IMG/VR virus record: IMGVR_UViG_3300031949_000037
Coordinates: 1-61,396 of that record
Length of the DNA stretch: 61,396 nucleotides
From: a virus
Taxonomy: Duplodnaviria > Caudoviricetes
Reading direction: 5' to 3' (one strand)
A program made the position numbers and the translations under genes. The notes beneath the pieces were generated by a model. It was given only the letters and a program-made list of their open reading frames with translations. It was not told the DNA's origin and ran no database searches. Below, one piece after another: positions 9,001-16,823 of the stretch (the first letter of the stretch is position 1; each line of letters opens with the position of its first letter).

Positions 9001-9292
9001 TTTGGCCGATACTATATATGGACATAGGACACGCGGCCAGGGGTAGGCCGGACGCGAACAAGCCCCACAGCAAAGGCCCTAACGCCGAGGCGTACGCGAG
9101 CTACACCAGGCGGGGCCGGCCGAGCGGCCGGCCGCCGGACAGCCACTAGGGGCGGGCACGGCAACTAGGCGCGCGGAGGGAACGGGGCCACGACATAGCT
9201 AGGCAGACCGAGAACCGAGAGGAGAGGGTAGGGCTGCCTAAGGGGCCACAAGGAACGTAGGTCGGGGCTTCATTAGCCCTGCAAGCCGCGAA

Positions 9293-9371
9293 GGGCTCCG
9301 CTATAGGGTCTAGGGGCGACCGCCGCCCCTACCGATGAGGCCCCGGCGAGGGCCGAAACCCGAAGGAGCCC
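9293..9371 (+). ncRNA. Type III hammerhead ribozyme (core variant CCGAUGA)
   Basis: GGGUC (site after 9310); stem I UAGGGGCG/CGCCCCUA; core CCGAUGA; stem II GGCCC/GGGCC; GAA-ACCC closing stem III; extension GGGCUCC/GGAGCCC. Confidence 0.8.
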
Positions 9372-9375
9372 TGGA

Positions 9376-9579
9376 ATGGATAGTACCCAACTAAGGCAGG
9401 CTCAGCAGCTTGGGCGCATCTACCGGCGGGTCGTTAGCCTACTTCGCCAGACGACCGAGGCGCCGGGCGGGAGCATGGGATCACAGACAAGGCGCTGTGA
9501 GAAGTGCGCCGGCCCGGTCTTCCTGGCCCTAATCGGCGGCAAGATGCCATGGCTCTACTGCCCGAGATGTGACGGATGA
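9376..9579 (+). CDS. Small Zn-ribbon protein
   Basis: AAGGAG RBS; CEKC..CPRC. Confidence 0.55.
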   Translation: MDSTQLRQAQQLGRIYRRVVSLLRQTTEAPGGSMGSQTRRCEKCAGPVFLALIGGKMPWLYCPRCDG

Positions 9580-9587
9580 AGGCGGCC

Positions 9588-9619
9588 CGCCCCTACGGAT
9601 GAGGCCCCGGCGAGGGCCG
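9588..9619 (+). repeat. Degenerate partial copy of the hammerhead core
   Basis: 31/32 identical to 9324-9355; followed by GTAA instead of GAAA; no stem I 5' arm. Confidence 0.85.
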
Positions 9620-9642
9620 TAAGCCAAAGGAGAGAAGGCATC

Positions 9643-9912
9643 ATGGCAAGCCAGACGGCAGACCTGGCCACGGTAGTCGTCGAGGGGACGATGCGGGCAG
9701 GGGCCCGGTACGTGGCCGAGAAGCACCTGGCGGTAGACTACGCCGCCGTCACGGCCCGGATGCGCGACATCGTACGCGCCGAGTACGACGAGCTGGTGGC
9801 GACCCTGAAGGACGCCCTGGATGGCAACATGGGCGGCCCGATGTACCGCCAGATCATCAACACCTATTGCACGTCCTGGGGGATCAGGGCGGTAGACAAC
9901 AGGGGGAAATGA
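9643..9912 (+). CDS. Hypothetical protein
   Basis: Purine-rich RBS region; high-GC codon pattern. Confidence 0.65.
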   Translation: MASQTADLATVVVEGTMRAGARYVAEKHLAVDYAAVTARMRDIVRAEYDELVATLKDALDGNMGGPMYRQIINTYCTSWGIRAVDNRGK

Positions 9913-10145
9913 CGATGGACGCTCACCAAGTACACGATGCCCAGCAAGAGCTCGGGCAGGCCTACCGACAGCGCCGGCTCATAGCCCAGCTTCAGGCCAA
10001 GCGCGCCGAGGTGCTTAGGGCATGGGCGCGCCAAGCCGACTTCTCCGATGGGGCATGGCTCGATCCTAACCAGCCCCTCGAGCGGATGTGGCGCCTCACC
10101 TACGCTATCGACCGGGCCATCGTCCGGGCCGGCGGGGAGGTCTAG
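9909..10145 (+). CDS. Hypothetical protein
   Basis: ATGA overlap; N-terminus DAHQVHDAQQELGQAYR resembles DSTQLRQAQQLGRIYR of 9376. Confidence 0.55.
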   Translation: MTMDAHQVHDAQQELGQAYRQRRLIAQLQAKRAEVLRAWARQADFSDGAWLDPNQPLERMWRLTYAIDRAIVRAGGEV

Positions 10146-10147
10146 CG

Positions 10148-10360
10148 ATGAAGGCGGCTGCCATGGTAGAGATCGCCGGCCAGGAGTGGGTCCTGGTCAA
10201 GACGGTGCCGCGCCAGCAGTTCGGCGCGGCCACGGCCCGCACGATGGAGCATGCGGGGATCGTAGCGCGGCTAACGGTCCGACGGCACGGCGGCCGTACG
10301 CTCTACTACGTTAACGATTATGGCGCGGGCGGCCTGGGCGCCGCCCGGCGCACGATCTAG
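10148..10360 (+). CDS. Hypothetical protein
   Basis: GGAGG RBS. Confidence 0.55.
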   Translation: MKAAAMVEIAGQEWVLVKTVPRQQFGAATARTMEHAGIVARLTVRRHGGRTLYYVNDYGAGGLGAARRTI

Positions 10361-10370
10361 GAGGCTTTCG

Positions 10371-10892
10371 ATGAAACGGCTTGCGGCGGCGTTGCCGCTG
10401 CTCACGGCGGCCGCCCTGATGGCCGGATGCCTGAGCCTGCCCGATGGGCTCCAGGTGACGGTCTCGCCGGACGGCTGTACGCCGGATCGATCCTACTGCA
10501 TGGGCCGGCCCGCCAATTACTACTACCCGCCCACGCGAACGGTAGTGATGGCCCCCGGCCAGGGGCTACCTCAGACGGCCCATGAGGTCTGTCACGGCCA
10601 CCAGCACGAGGTAATCCTGGAGGCCACGGGCCGGGAGCCCGACATCACCCTATCGCCGTGGTACACGACGGCGGAGGGCGCCGCCTTCCTGGCGGCGACG
10701 GGATGGCGGGCGGATGGTGGTACGGGAGACTACGGGCCCACCTTCTACCCGAACGAAACGCCGTGGGACTTCCTGGGCTTTAACGCCCTGGAGGACGCGG
10801 CCTGGACGTGCTCCAAGTATCTAACCGATCCCGAGGACCTACGGGCCCGGTCTCCCGAGCGCTACGCTTGGGCGGCCGAGTGGCTGAAGTAA
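10371..10892 (+). CDS. Lipoprotein with HExxH zinc-metallopeptidase-like motif
   Basis: AGGAGG RBS; MKR..LMAGC lipobox; TAHEVCHGHQHE; distal NALEDAA. Confidence 0.7.
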   Translation: MKRLAAALPLLTAAALMAGCLSLPDGLQVTVSPDGCTPDRSYCMGRPANYYYPPTRTVVMAPGQGLPQTAHEVCHGHQHEVILEATGREPDITLSPWYTTAEGAAFLAATGWRADGGTGDYGPTFYPNETPWDFLGFNALEDAAWTCSKYLTDPEDLRARSPERYAWAAEWLK

Positions 10893-10904
10893 CGGAGGTG
10901 CGAC

Positions 10905-11129
10905 ATGGAGATCGCTCACACGATCCACGGCGGCCCCCTGCGGCCGCGATTCACCAAGCCCGGCGAGCGGGCGCTGTTCCACCGGCTGACCAAGGCCCAG
11001 CTATTCGTAATCGCCTATCACTACGCCGCGCGCGCCTGTGGCGAGTACGACGATGCCCTAAGCGACGGGCGGGCACTAGCTGAGCTAGAGACCGAGGTCC
11101 AGGCCCACATCGAGTCGGGTACGTTCTAA
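10905..11129 (+). CDS. Hypothetical protein
   Basis: GGAGGT RBS. Confidence 0.6.
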   Translation: MEIAHTIHGGPLRPRFTKPGERALFHRLTKAQLFVIAYHYAARACGEYDDALSDGRALAELETEVQAHIESGTF

Positions 11130-11204
11130 AACCGGGGGCTCCTGCCCCCAGGCCCGCGCCCATCTGATGATGGGCGGGGACGGTAAGGGCAGGAGGTAAA
11201 GACG

Positions 11205-12251
11205 ATGGCCCACCAGTTGGAGATCAAGAAGGACGGTAAGGCCAGCATGTTCTACACGGACTGGCAGACCCCATGGCACGGCCTGGGGGTGTCGGTAGCG
11301 GAAGCCCCTACGGGGGCCGAGGCGCGGAAGCTGGCCGGGACAGACTGGGAAGTCGGCATGCAGCCGGTCAAGACCGATGATGGCCAGGTGATCGAAGGCT
11401 ACAAGGCGGTCCGCCGGCTGACGGATGGCAAGGTGTTCGCGGTCACGAGCGACCGATGGACGCCCTTTCAGAACGCCGAGATCGGCAACTTCGTGGACGA
11501 TCTCGTAGCGGCCGGCAGTCTCAAGCGGGACACGGCCGGGGCGCTCTACGGCGGCGCGAAGGTGTGGGAGCTGGTCAGGGTGCCAGAGGAGATCACCATC
11601 GGCAAGGGCGACGTGGTCTACCCCTACATCCTGGTTTTCAACGGCCACGACGGCCACACGGCCCTGAGCGTCCTGCCCACGACGGTCCGCGTAGTGTGCA
11701 ATAACACGCTTAACGCGGCCATCGACCGGGCGGCTGGCGTTATCCCCGTCAGGGTCTACCACGTAGGCAAGCTCGACACGCGGCTGGCCGAGGCCCGCCG
11801 GGTCCTGGGCATCAGCACCGTCGAGATCGCCACCTTCGCCAAGATGGCCGGCGGCCTGGCGGCCGCCGATGGGCTGCCCCACATCCCGACGCTTCTAAAG
11901 CGCCTGTTCCCGGCGCCGGCGAAGGATGCTACGCCCCTGGCCAAGACGCTCTACGAGCAGCGCCGGGCGGACATCGAGGAAACCCTTAAGCGCCAGGTCG
12001 GCGACGGCAGCGCGTGGGGAGTCCTCAACGGGATCACGGCCTACGTCGACCATCGCATCCGCCACGCTAAGCGCGACGACCTGGCCGACAGCAGGAAGAT
12101 GAACAGCGTCCTCCTGGGCCCCGACGCGCGGATCAAGACGGAGGCCGCGCAGATCCTCAGCAGCCTTACGGGCATCTACCAGAACCTCAAGCGGGAGCGC
12201 GAAGAGATGATGGTAGCCGTACGGGTCAAGACGGCCGGGCCGACACTATAG
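11205..12251 (+). CDS. DUF932 family phage/plasmid protein
   Basis: MAHQLE..PWHGLG, FNGHDG, TTVRVVCNNTL, AWGVLNGITAYVDH. Confidence 0.9.
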   Translation: MAHQLEIKKDGKASMFYTDWQTPWHGLGVSVAEAPTGAEARKLAGTDWEVGMQPVKTDDGQVIEGYKAVRRLTDGKVFAVTSDRWTPFQNAEIGNFVDDLVAAGSLKRDTAGALYGGAKVWELVRVPEEITIGKGDVVYPYILVFNGHDGHTALSVLPTTVRVVCNNTLNAAIDRAAGVIPVRVYHVGKLDTRLAEARRVLGISTVEIATFAKMAGGLAAADGLPHIPTLLKRLFPAPAKDATPLAKTLYEQRRADIEETLKRQVGDGSAWGVLNGITAYVDHRIRHAKRDDLADSRKMNSVLLGPDARIKTEAAQILSSLTGIYQNLKREREEMMVAVRVKTAGPTL

Positions 12252-12356
12252 ATGGGCGGCCATGGAGAGCCAGGGTGCCGGCCCTGGCCCCCGCCTACCG
12301 GAGACGGCGGGCGGAGGCTAGGGCCGGAAGGGTACCTAGGGAAAGGGGCGACATAC

Positions 12357-12623
12357 ATGAGGGAAGAGTTCGAGCTAGGCCAAGAGGTCGTAGTACGCCG
12401 CTCGCGGATGGCCGGCGAGCTGTGGAAGCGGGCCACTGTGGTTAGGCCCCACGCTACCCGCGAAGACGCCTACATTACTTGCGCCGGCGGCCGCAGGGAA
12501 TACTACGACTTCGTCGAGGTGGACATGCCCATAGTGACAGGGGAAGGCCCCGCAATCGAGCGCCGGCTGATCCTGAATAGCCGGGCTAACATCCGCCCTT
12601 ACCAGCCGGAGCCGGGGGCCTAG
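12357..12623 (+). CDS. Hypothetical protein
   Basis: ORF after a long hairpin and G-rich RBS. Confidence 0.5.
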   Translation: MREEFELGQEVVVRRSRMAGELWKRATVVRPHATREDAYITCAGGRREYYDFVEVDMPIVTGEGPAIERRLILNSRANIRPYQPEPGA

Positions 12624-12693
12624 CCCCCGGCGAGCGCCTCGAGGATGACATCGGTGAGGCCCGCTGGAACGGCGGCGAGTGGGAAGTAGATTA

Positions 12694-12716
12694 CTAGCCG
12701 GTATGATACCGGCTAG
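12694..12716. promoter_or_regulatory. Extended operator-like perfect palindrome
   Basis: CTAGCCGGTAT-G-ATACCGGCTAG, containing TATGAT. Confidence 0.65.
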
Positions 12717-12730
12717 GGAAGGAGAACGGC

Positions 12731-12931
12731 ATGCGAGCAAAGGCAGAGTACGTCCTAACGGGCGTCGTCGGCACCATCCGGGCCGTGGGTAAGGCCCTGA
12801 GTGTCGGCGACAGGGACCAGGCCGAGGCCGCCTTCCGGGCGGCCGTAGCCGAGACGGACGAGGTCCTGGCGCGGAGCCGGCTGGCACTCCAGCGGGCCCG
12901 GCGCTTCGGGCCGACAGAGGCCGCGCGATGA
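12731..12931 (+). CDS. Hypothetical protein
   Basis: AAGGAG RBS. Confidence 0.55.
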   Translation: MRAKAEYVLTGVVGTIRAVGKALSVGDRDQAEAAFRAAVAETDEVLARSRLALQRARRFGPTEAAR

Positions 12932-13251
12932 TCGTCTATCGCGGCTTCCGCCGGCACAAGCATGGGCCGGTCGTGACCAGGGATGGCGTCTTCTTCGAGG
13001 CCGGCCCATCGCGCAAGGTGTGGGACCATTCCCCCGACGGCTTCGAATGGGGCTACGGGGGATCGGGCCCCGCGCAACTAGCGCTGGCCCTGCTGCTGGA
13101 CGTCACGGGTAACGCAGACGAGGCCGTACTCATGCACCAGCGATTCAAGGATAACGTAGTGGCCGGCTGGCGCTCCGACGGTAGGTGGGAGATCACCGAC
13201 GCCGCAATAAGGGCCTGGCTATTGAAGGCCGGCGGCCCACGCCAGGTTTGA
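12928..13251 (+). CDS. DUF6166-like protein
   Basis: HSPDGFEWGYGGSGPAQLALALL signature. Confidence 0.8.
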   Translation: MIVYRGFRRHKHGPVVTRDGVFFEAGPSRKVWDHSPDGFEWGYGGSGPAQLALALLLDVTGNADEAVLMHQRFKDNVVAGWRSDGRWEITDAAIRAWLLKAGGPRQV

Positions 13252-13277
13252 CAGGCGCTAGCCGGTACGGCTAGCAT
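13248..13277 (+). promoter_or_regulatory. sigma70 promoter with embedded operator
   Basis: TTGACA-18 nt-TAGCAT with CTAGCCG-GTA-CGGCTAG. Confidence 0.85.
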
Positions 13278-13286
13278 GGAGGGGCC

Positions 13287-13778
13287 ATGAGTAACGGTAC
13301 CAAGATACCCAGGGAGCAGGCCGAGGCCGCCGGCGCGCGGGTCCTCGAAGCCATCGACGGCTATGTATCGCGCGCCATGATCTGCGGCTCCATCCGCCGC
13401 GGCGTCGACATGGTCCACGACTGCGACATCGTCGCCGTCGCCCATGGCGAAGTCGAGGCGGCCGGTGCCATGCAGACGCTCGAGAACATGGGCGAGAAGA
13501 TCAGGGGCGGCAAGAAGCTGATGAGCGCCCGCGTCGACGGCGTCCAGGTGGACCTCTGGCTAGTGCCCGAGGAGTCGTGGGGCGCCGCCACCATGTTCGC
13601 TACCGGGAGCCCCCAGGTGAACATCCGGCAGCGCCAGATCGCCACACGGAACGGCCTGGTCCTGAACCAGTACGGGCTCTGGCGGGGTAAGGAGTGCATA
13701 GCGAGCCGGACCGAGCAAGAGGTCTACGCCGCCCTGGGCATGCCCTACCTGGAGCCGTGGGAGAGGAGCCTGGGATGA
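13287..13778 (+). CDS. polX: Minimal DNA polymerase X (palm and thumb only)
   Basis: GSIRRG, DCDIV, VDLW, FATGS, LNQYGL, EQEVYAALGMPYLEP. Confidence 0.9.
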   Translation: MSNGTKIPREQAEAAGARVLEAIDGYVSRAMICGSIRRGVDMVHDCDIVAVAHGEVEAAGAMQTLENMGEKIRGGKKLMSARVDGVQVDLWLVPEESWGAATMFATGSPQVNIRQRQIATRNGLVLNQYGLWRGKECIASRTEQEVYAALGMPYLEPWERSLG

Positions 13779-13981
13779 TGGGTGCCTGCCCCATGGATAA
13801 GCCCGAATGCCAACTTCTAGGCCAGGACGGCAACGTGTTCTACATCATGGGGGCAGTCGCCCGTACCCTTAGAGGCGCCGGCCTCGAGGAGCGGGCCGCC
13901 GAATTCACCGAGCGCGCCCGCCAGGCCCATGATTACGACGAGGTACTCCGCCTAGTGATGGAGTACGTGGAGGTAGTGTGA
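13775..13981 (+). CDS. Small conserved phage protein (GxDGN-x-F type)
   Basis: LLGQDGNVFYIMGAV..DYDEVL. Confidence 0.7.
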   Translation: MMGACPMDKPECQLLGQDGNVFYIMGAVARTLRGAGLEERAAEFTERARQAHDYDEVLRLVMEYVEVV

Positions 13982-14229
13982 ACGGCCATCGCCATAGGTG
14001 GGGGCGGTGCTGCCCTATCAGCCCCACGGGCGATCCGGGTAACGAAGCGGCGCGCCGGCTAGAGCAGGAGCGAGAGCGGGTCACCCACTACGCCTGCGAC
14101 TGCGGGGCGATCAAGATGGTCCTGGAGCTCCGTAGCCGGCGCCAACTGCTCTTCCTGGTCACGCGGCCAGCGCCCGGCGGCCGGCGCCTATGGACCAAGC
14201 GGGTAGCCCTGAGGAGGGGGCGGGCATGA
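13978..14229 (+). CDS. Hypothetical protein
   Basis: GTGA overlap; His/Cys motifs. Confidence 0.45.
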   Translation: MNGHRHRWGRCCPISPTGDPGNEAARRLEQERERVTHYACDCGAIKMVLELRSRRQLLFLVTRPAPGGRRLWTKRVALRRGRA

Positions 14230-14342
14230 GCCAGTTTCTCCGCGACCTGGGTGTGTGTTTTGCCGCATGGGCGGTGATCTATGCCTTCGTCCTAGGGGTA
14301 GGGGTCGGCCTCGGATGGCTGGCTACGCTGGCGGCACGTTGA
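14226..14342 (+). CDS. 38-aa single-pass membrane peptide (not in the ORF track)
   Basis: MSQFLRDLGVCFAAWAVIYAFVLGVGVGLGWLATLAAR; GGAGG RBS; ATGA overlap. Confidence 0.5.
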   Translation: MSQFLRDLGVCFAAWAVIYAFVLGVGVGLGWLATLAAR

Positions 14343-14359
14343 CAGGAGGAGGGGCGGCC

Positions 14360-14647
14360 ATGAGGCCCTACCTGACGCCTACGCGGCGGCGGGCGCTGGA
14401 GATCGTACGCGACGGCGGCCCCATCCTGCCGGGGCACTTCGCGGAGCGGATGTGGCCGGATAGCGAGTGCTGGCGCCACGTTCACAAATGCGGCCCCTAC
14501 GGGGCCAGCCAAGGCGTCATGATGGCGATGGCCGCCGGGGGCTTCCTGGGCAAGCTGGGGAAGGCCGGCTTGGTCTGCTGGTTCGGCTCGGCTGGCTACA
14601 TGTTGACCGCGCAAGGGTATGCGGCCCTGGGCCCGCCCCCTTCTTGA
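14360..14647 (+). CDS. Winged-helix-like hypothetical protein
   Basis: AGGAGG RBS; LTPTRRRAL..LGKLGKAGLV..YMLTAQG. Confidence 0.55.
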   Translation: MRPYLTPTRRRALEIVRDGGPILPGHFAERMWPDSECWRHVHKCGPYGASQGVMMAMAAGGFLGKLGKAGLVCWFGSAGYMLTAQGYAALGPPPS

Positions 14648-14672
14648 CCACGGCTAGCCGTAGCGATAGGAT
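14644..14672 (+). promoter_or_regulatory. sigma70 promoter with degenerate operator, upstream of the HTH gene
   Basis: TTGACC-17 nt-TAGGAT with CTAGCCG-TAG-CGATAG. Confidence 0.75.
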
Positions 14673-14689
14673 GTCGGGGGAGGCAAGGC

Positions 14690-14935
14690 ATGAGCCAGAA
14701 AGTAGCAACACCCGCCATGCTAAGGGACTTCCGGCGCGAGTTCGGGCTACGGCAGCCCGACATGGTCCGGGAGCTCGAGGTTAGCTGGCAGGCCATCAGT
14801 CGATGGGAGCGCGGCGCCCAGCCAATCCGCCACGCGCGCGTCCTGTACCTGGCCCTCCAGCATCTACGGTATTGCTACCGCCGGCGCGGGCGCCAGCGGC
14901 GGGCCTATGGCAAGGTGAAGTCCAAGGCGGCCTAG
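14690..14935 (+). CDS. XRE/Cro-family HTH regulator
   Basis: LRDFRREFGLRQPDMVRELEVSWQAISRWERG. Confidence 0.9.
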   Translation: MSQKVATPAMLRDFRREFGLRQPDMVRELEVSWQAISRWERGAQPIRHARVLYLALQHLRYCYRRRGRQRRAYGKVKSKAA

Positions 14936-15838
14936 ATGCGCGATGGCCCGCCATGGGCGGTAGTGTCGCCGATCCTAGTGATCGGCGACTTCTGCCAGGA
15001 TCGCTTCATTCGGGCAGCGGCTTCCCGCTTATCGCGGGAGTGGCCGCTGCCCGTCTTTTGCTTTGGGGGCCAGGAGATCGCCATGGGCGGCGCCGGCAAC
15101 GTGGCCCGGCAGCTACGGGCCTATGGCGCGCCCGTGATCGAGGTCGAGCTAGCTAGGTGTGTCAAGGTACGAATCCTGGCCGCGATGGCCGGGATGCCTG
15201 AGACCGAGGTCCTGCGCCTCGATTACCCGTGGCGGATACGGCGCTGGCGCCGGGGCAGCCCTACGCCCTTCATCCCCGAGGCGCACCCGCCCCTGGGCGG
15301 GGTCGTCTACGCCGACTATCGCGGCCTCACCGGCCCGCCGCCAGAGGTCGGCGCCCTGGTCCGCTCGCTGCGCTGCCCGAAGGTGGTCGACGTGCGGCGT
15401 GTGCCCTACGGCTGGGATGCCTTCGACGTGCTGAAGATAAACCAGGCCGACGGCCTGCTCGCTGAGTCTTGCCGGCAAGACTACGAGCGCCTAGGCCGCA
15501 AGGCCCTAATGGGGGCCGTAGTGACGCGCGGCTCCGCTGGCCATGTCGTCGTGACTGGCGCGGGCCCGGTAGACGTGCCGGCGATGGAGCTACCGGGCCC
15601 CGTAGTCAACGTGAGCGGCGCCGGCGACGTCTTCACCGCTACCCTCGTAGTCGCCATGGCGAGCGCCTACGGGCGCTGCGGCTCCTACTCGGCGGCCGAC
15701 ATCGAGCCGGCGGCCCGACTGGCTGGCCTAGCCGCCGCTTTACGGGTCCGCAAGCCCGGCTATAATGTGGCCGTCGCGCCCGAGGAGCTAGCGCCATGGT
15801 TGGATTCTGGACCCCCGAAGAGCCCGCCGACTTACTAG
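14936..15838 (+). CDS. PfkB-family sugar kinase, HldE/RfaE domain I-like
   Basis: ILVIGDFCQDRF..SRLSREWPLPV..GGAGNVA; VVTRG; NVSGAGDVF. Confidence 0.8.
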   Translation: MRDGPPWAVVSPILVIGDFCQDRFIRAAASRLSREWPLPVFCFGGQEIAMGGAGNVARQLRAYGAPVIEVELARCVKVRILAAMAGMPETEVLRLDYPWRIRRWRRGSPTPFIPEAHPPLGGVVYADYRGLTGPPPEVGALVRSLRCPKVVDVRRVPYGWDAFDVLKINQADGLLAESCRQDYERLGRKALMGAVVTRGSAGHVVVTGAGPVDVPAMELPGPVVNVSGAGDVFTATLVVAMASAYGRCGSYSAADIEPAARLAGLAAALRVRKPGYNVAVAPEELAPWLDSGPPKSPPTY

Positions 15839-16281
15839 AACGGTGCCAGCTAGCCCGTGAGGGCACGGGCCGGATCGTAGGCCTGGTCAACGGCTGCTTT
15901 GACCTGCTACATCCCGGCCATGTCCTCTTCCTCCAGGAGGCCGCCCAACACTGCGATAGCCTGGTCGTGGCCATCGACACCGACGCCCAGGTCCGCCATG
16001 CTAAGGCCGATGGGCGCCCCGTACGCTCCTGGTACGAGCGCGCCTTCCTGGTCAAGGCCCTTGCCTGCGTCTTCGGCGTTACCCCCATTGACCCCGTGCA
16101 GCCCCTAACGGCCGTGCTGGAGGCCCTTCGCCCCGACCTCTATATGTACCGGCCGGGCTCGCCGCCTACCGAGCTGGAGGTAGCGCGTGGCCTGGGCCTG
16201 GGCATGCTGGAGCTAGGGCGCCATGGGGCTTGGAGCACGACAGAGGAGATCATCCGATGCGAAAGAAGGCGACTCCGGTAG
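15796..16281 (+). CDS. Cytidylyltransferase-fold nucleotidyltransferase, HldE/RfaE domain II-like
   Basis: NGCFDLLHPGH, LVVAIDTD..K..RP...ER, C-terminal STTEEI. Confidence 0.85.
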   Translation: MVGFWTPEEPADLLERCQLAREGTGRIVGLVNGCFDLLHPGHVLFLQEAAQHCDSLVVAIDTDAQVRHAKADGRPVRSWYERAFLVKALACVFGVTPIDPVQPLTAVLEALRPDLYMYRPGSPPTELEVARGLGLGMLELGRHGAWSTTEEIIRCERRRLR

Positions 16282-16823
16282 CCCGCGACCCGCTGCAAAT
16301 CCGCTACGCGGACCCGCGCACCCTGAAGCTGAACGAGGACAACCCCAGGTGGATGCCCGACGATGAAATGGCCTCCCTGAAGCGGTCGCTCCAGACCTGG
16401 GGCTTCGTCGATCCCATCATCGTACGGCGCGAGAACGGCGAGGTGATCGCTGGCCACCAGCGGATCGCGGCCGCCATCGCAGTAGGGCTGGCCCAGGTGC
16501 CAGTGATAGACCTAGACGTGACCGCCCTCGACGCCGCTCTGCTTAACCAGGCCCTTAACCGGATCATGGGCCGCTGGGATGAAACCAAGCTGCCGCTCGT
16601 GCAGGAGCAGCTACGGCTCGAGGGCGCCGACCTGAGCCTGACCGGCTTCACGTCGGCCGAGCTCGACCTGTACGCCGGCACCGTCGCCGGCGCCCCTGTC
16701 CACTCGGCCGCCCGTAAGAACGACAACTTTGCGGCCTTCAACCGTGGTACCGGCGAGTACACGCGCCTAGAGCTAGGCGAGATCCAGATTGCCCTACCGG
16801 CCCATGTCTACCATCGGGGCTAA
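16257..16823 (+). CDS. ParB/Srx N-terminal domain protein
   Basis: NPR..LKRSLQTWGFVDPIIV..VIAGHQR. Confidence 0.85.
   Translation: MRKKATPVARDPLQIRYADPRTLKLNEDNPRWMPDDEMASLKRSLQTWGFVDPIIVRRENGEVIAGHQRIAAAIAVGLAQVPVIDLDVTALDAALLNQALNRIMGRWDETKLPLVQEQLRLEGADLSLTGFTSAELDLYAGTVAGAPVHSAARKNDNFAAFNRGTGEYTRLELGEIQIALPAHVYHRG

Noticed and set aside
11164-11186. Third hammerhead (contains CTGATGA)
   Set aside because: No stem II followed by GAAA, and no matching NUH site.
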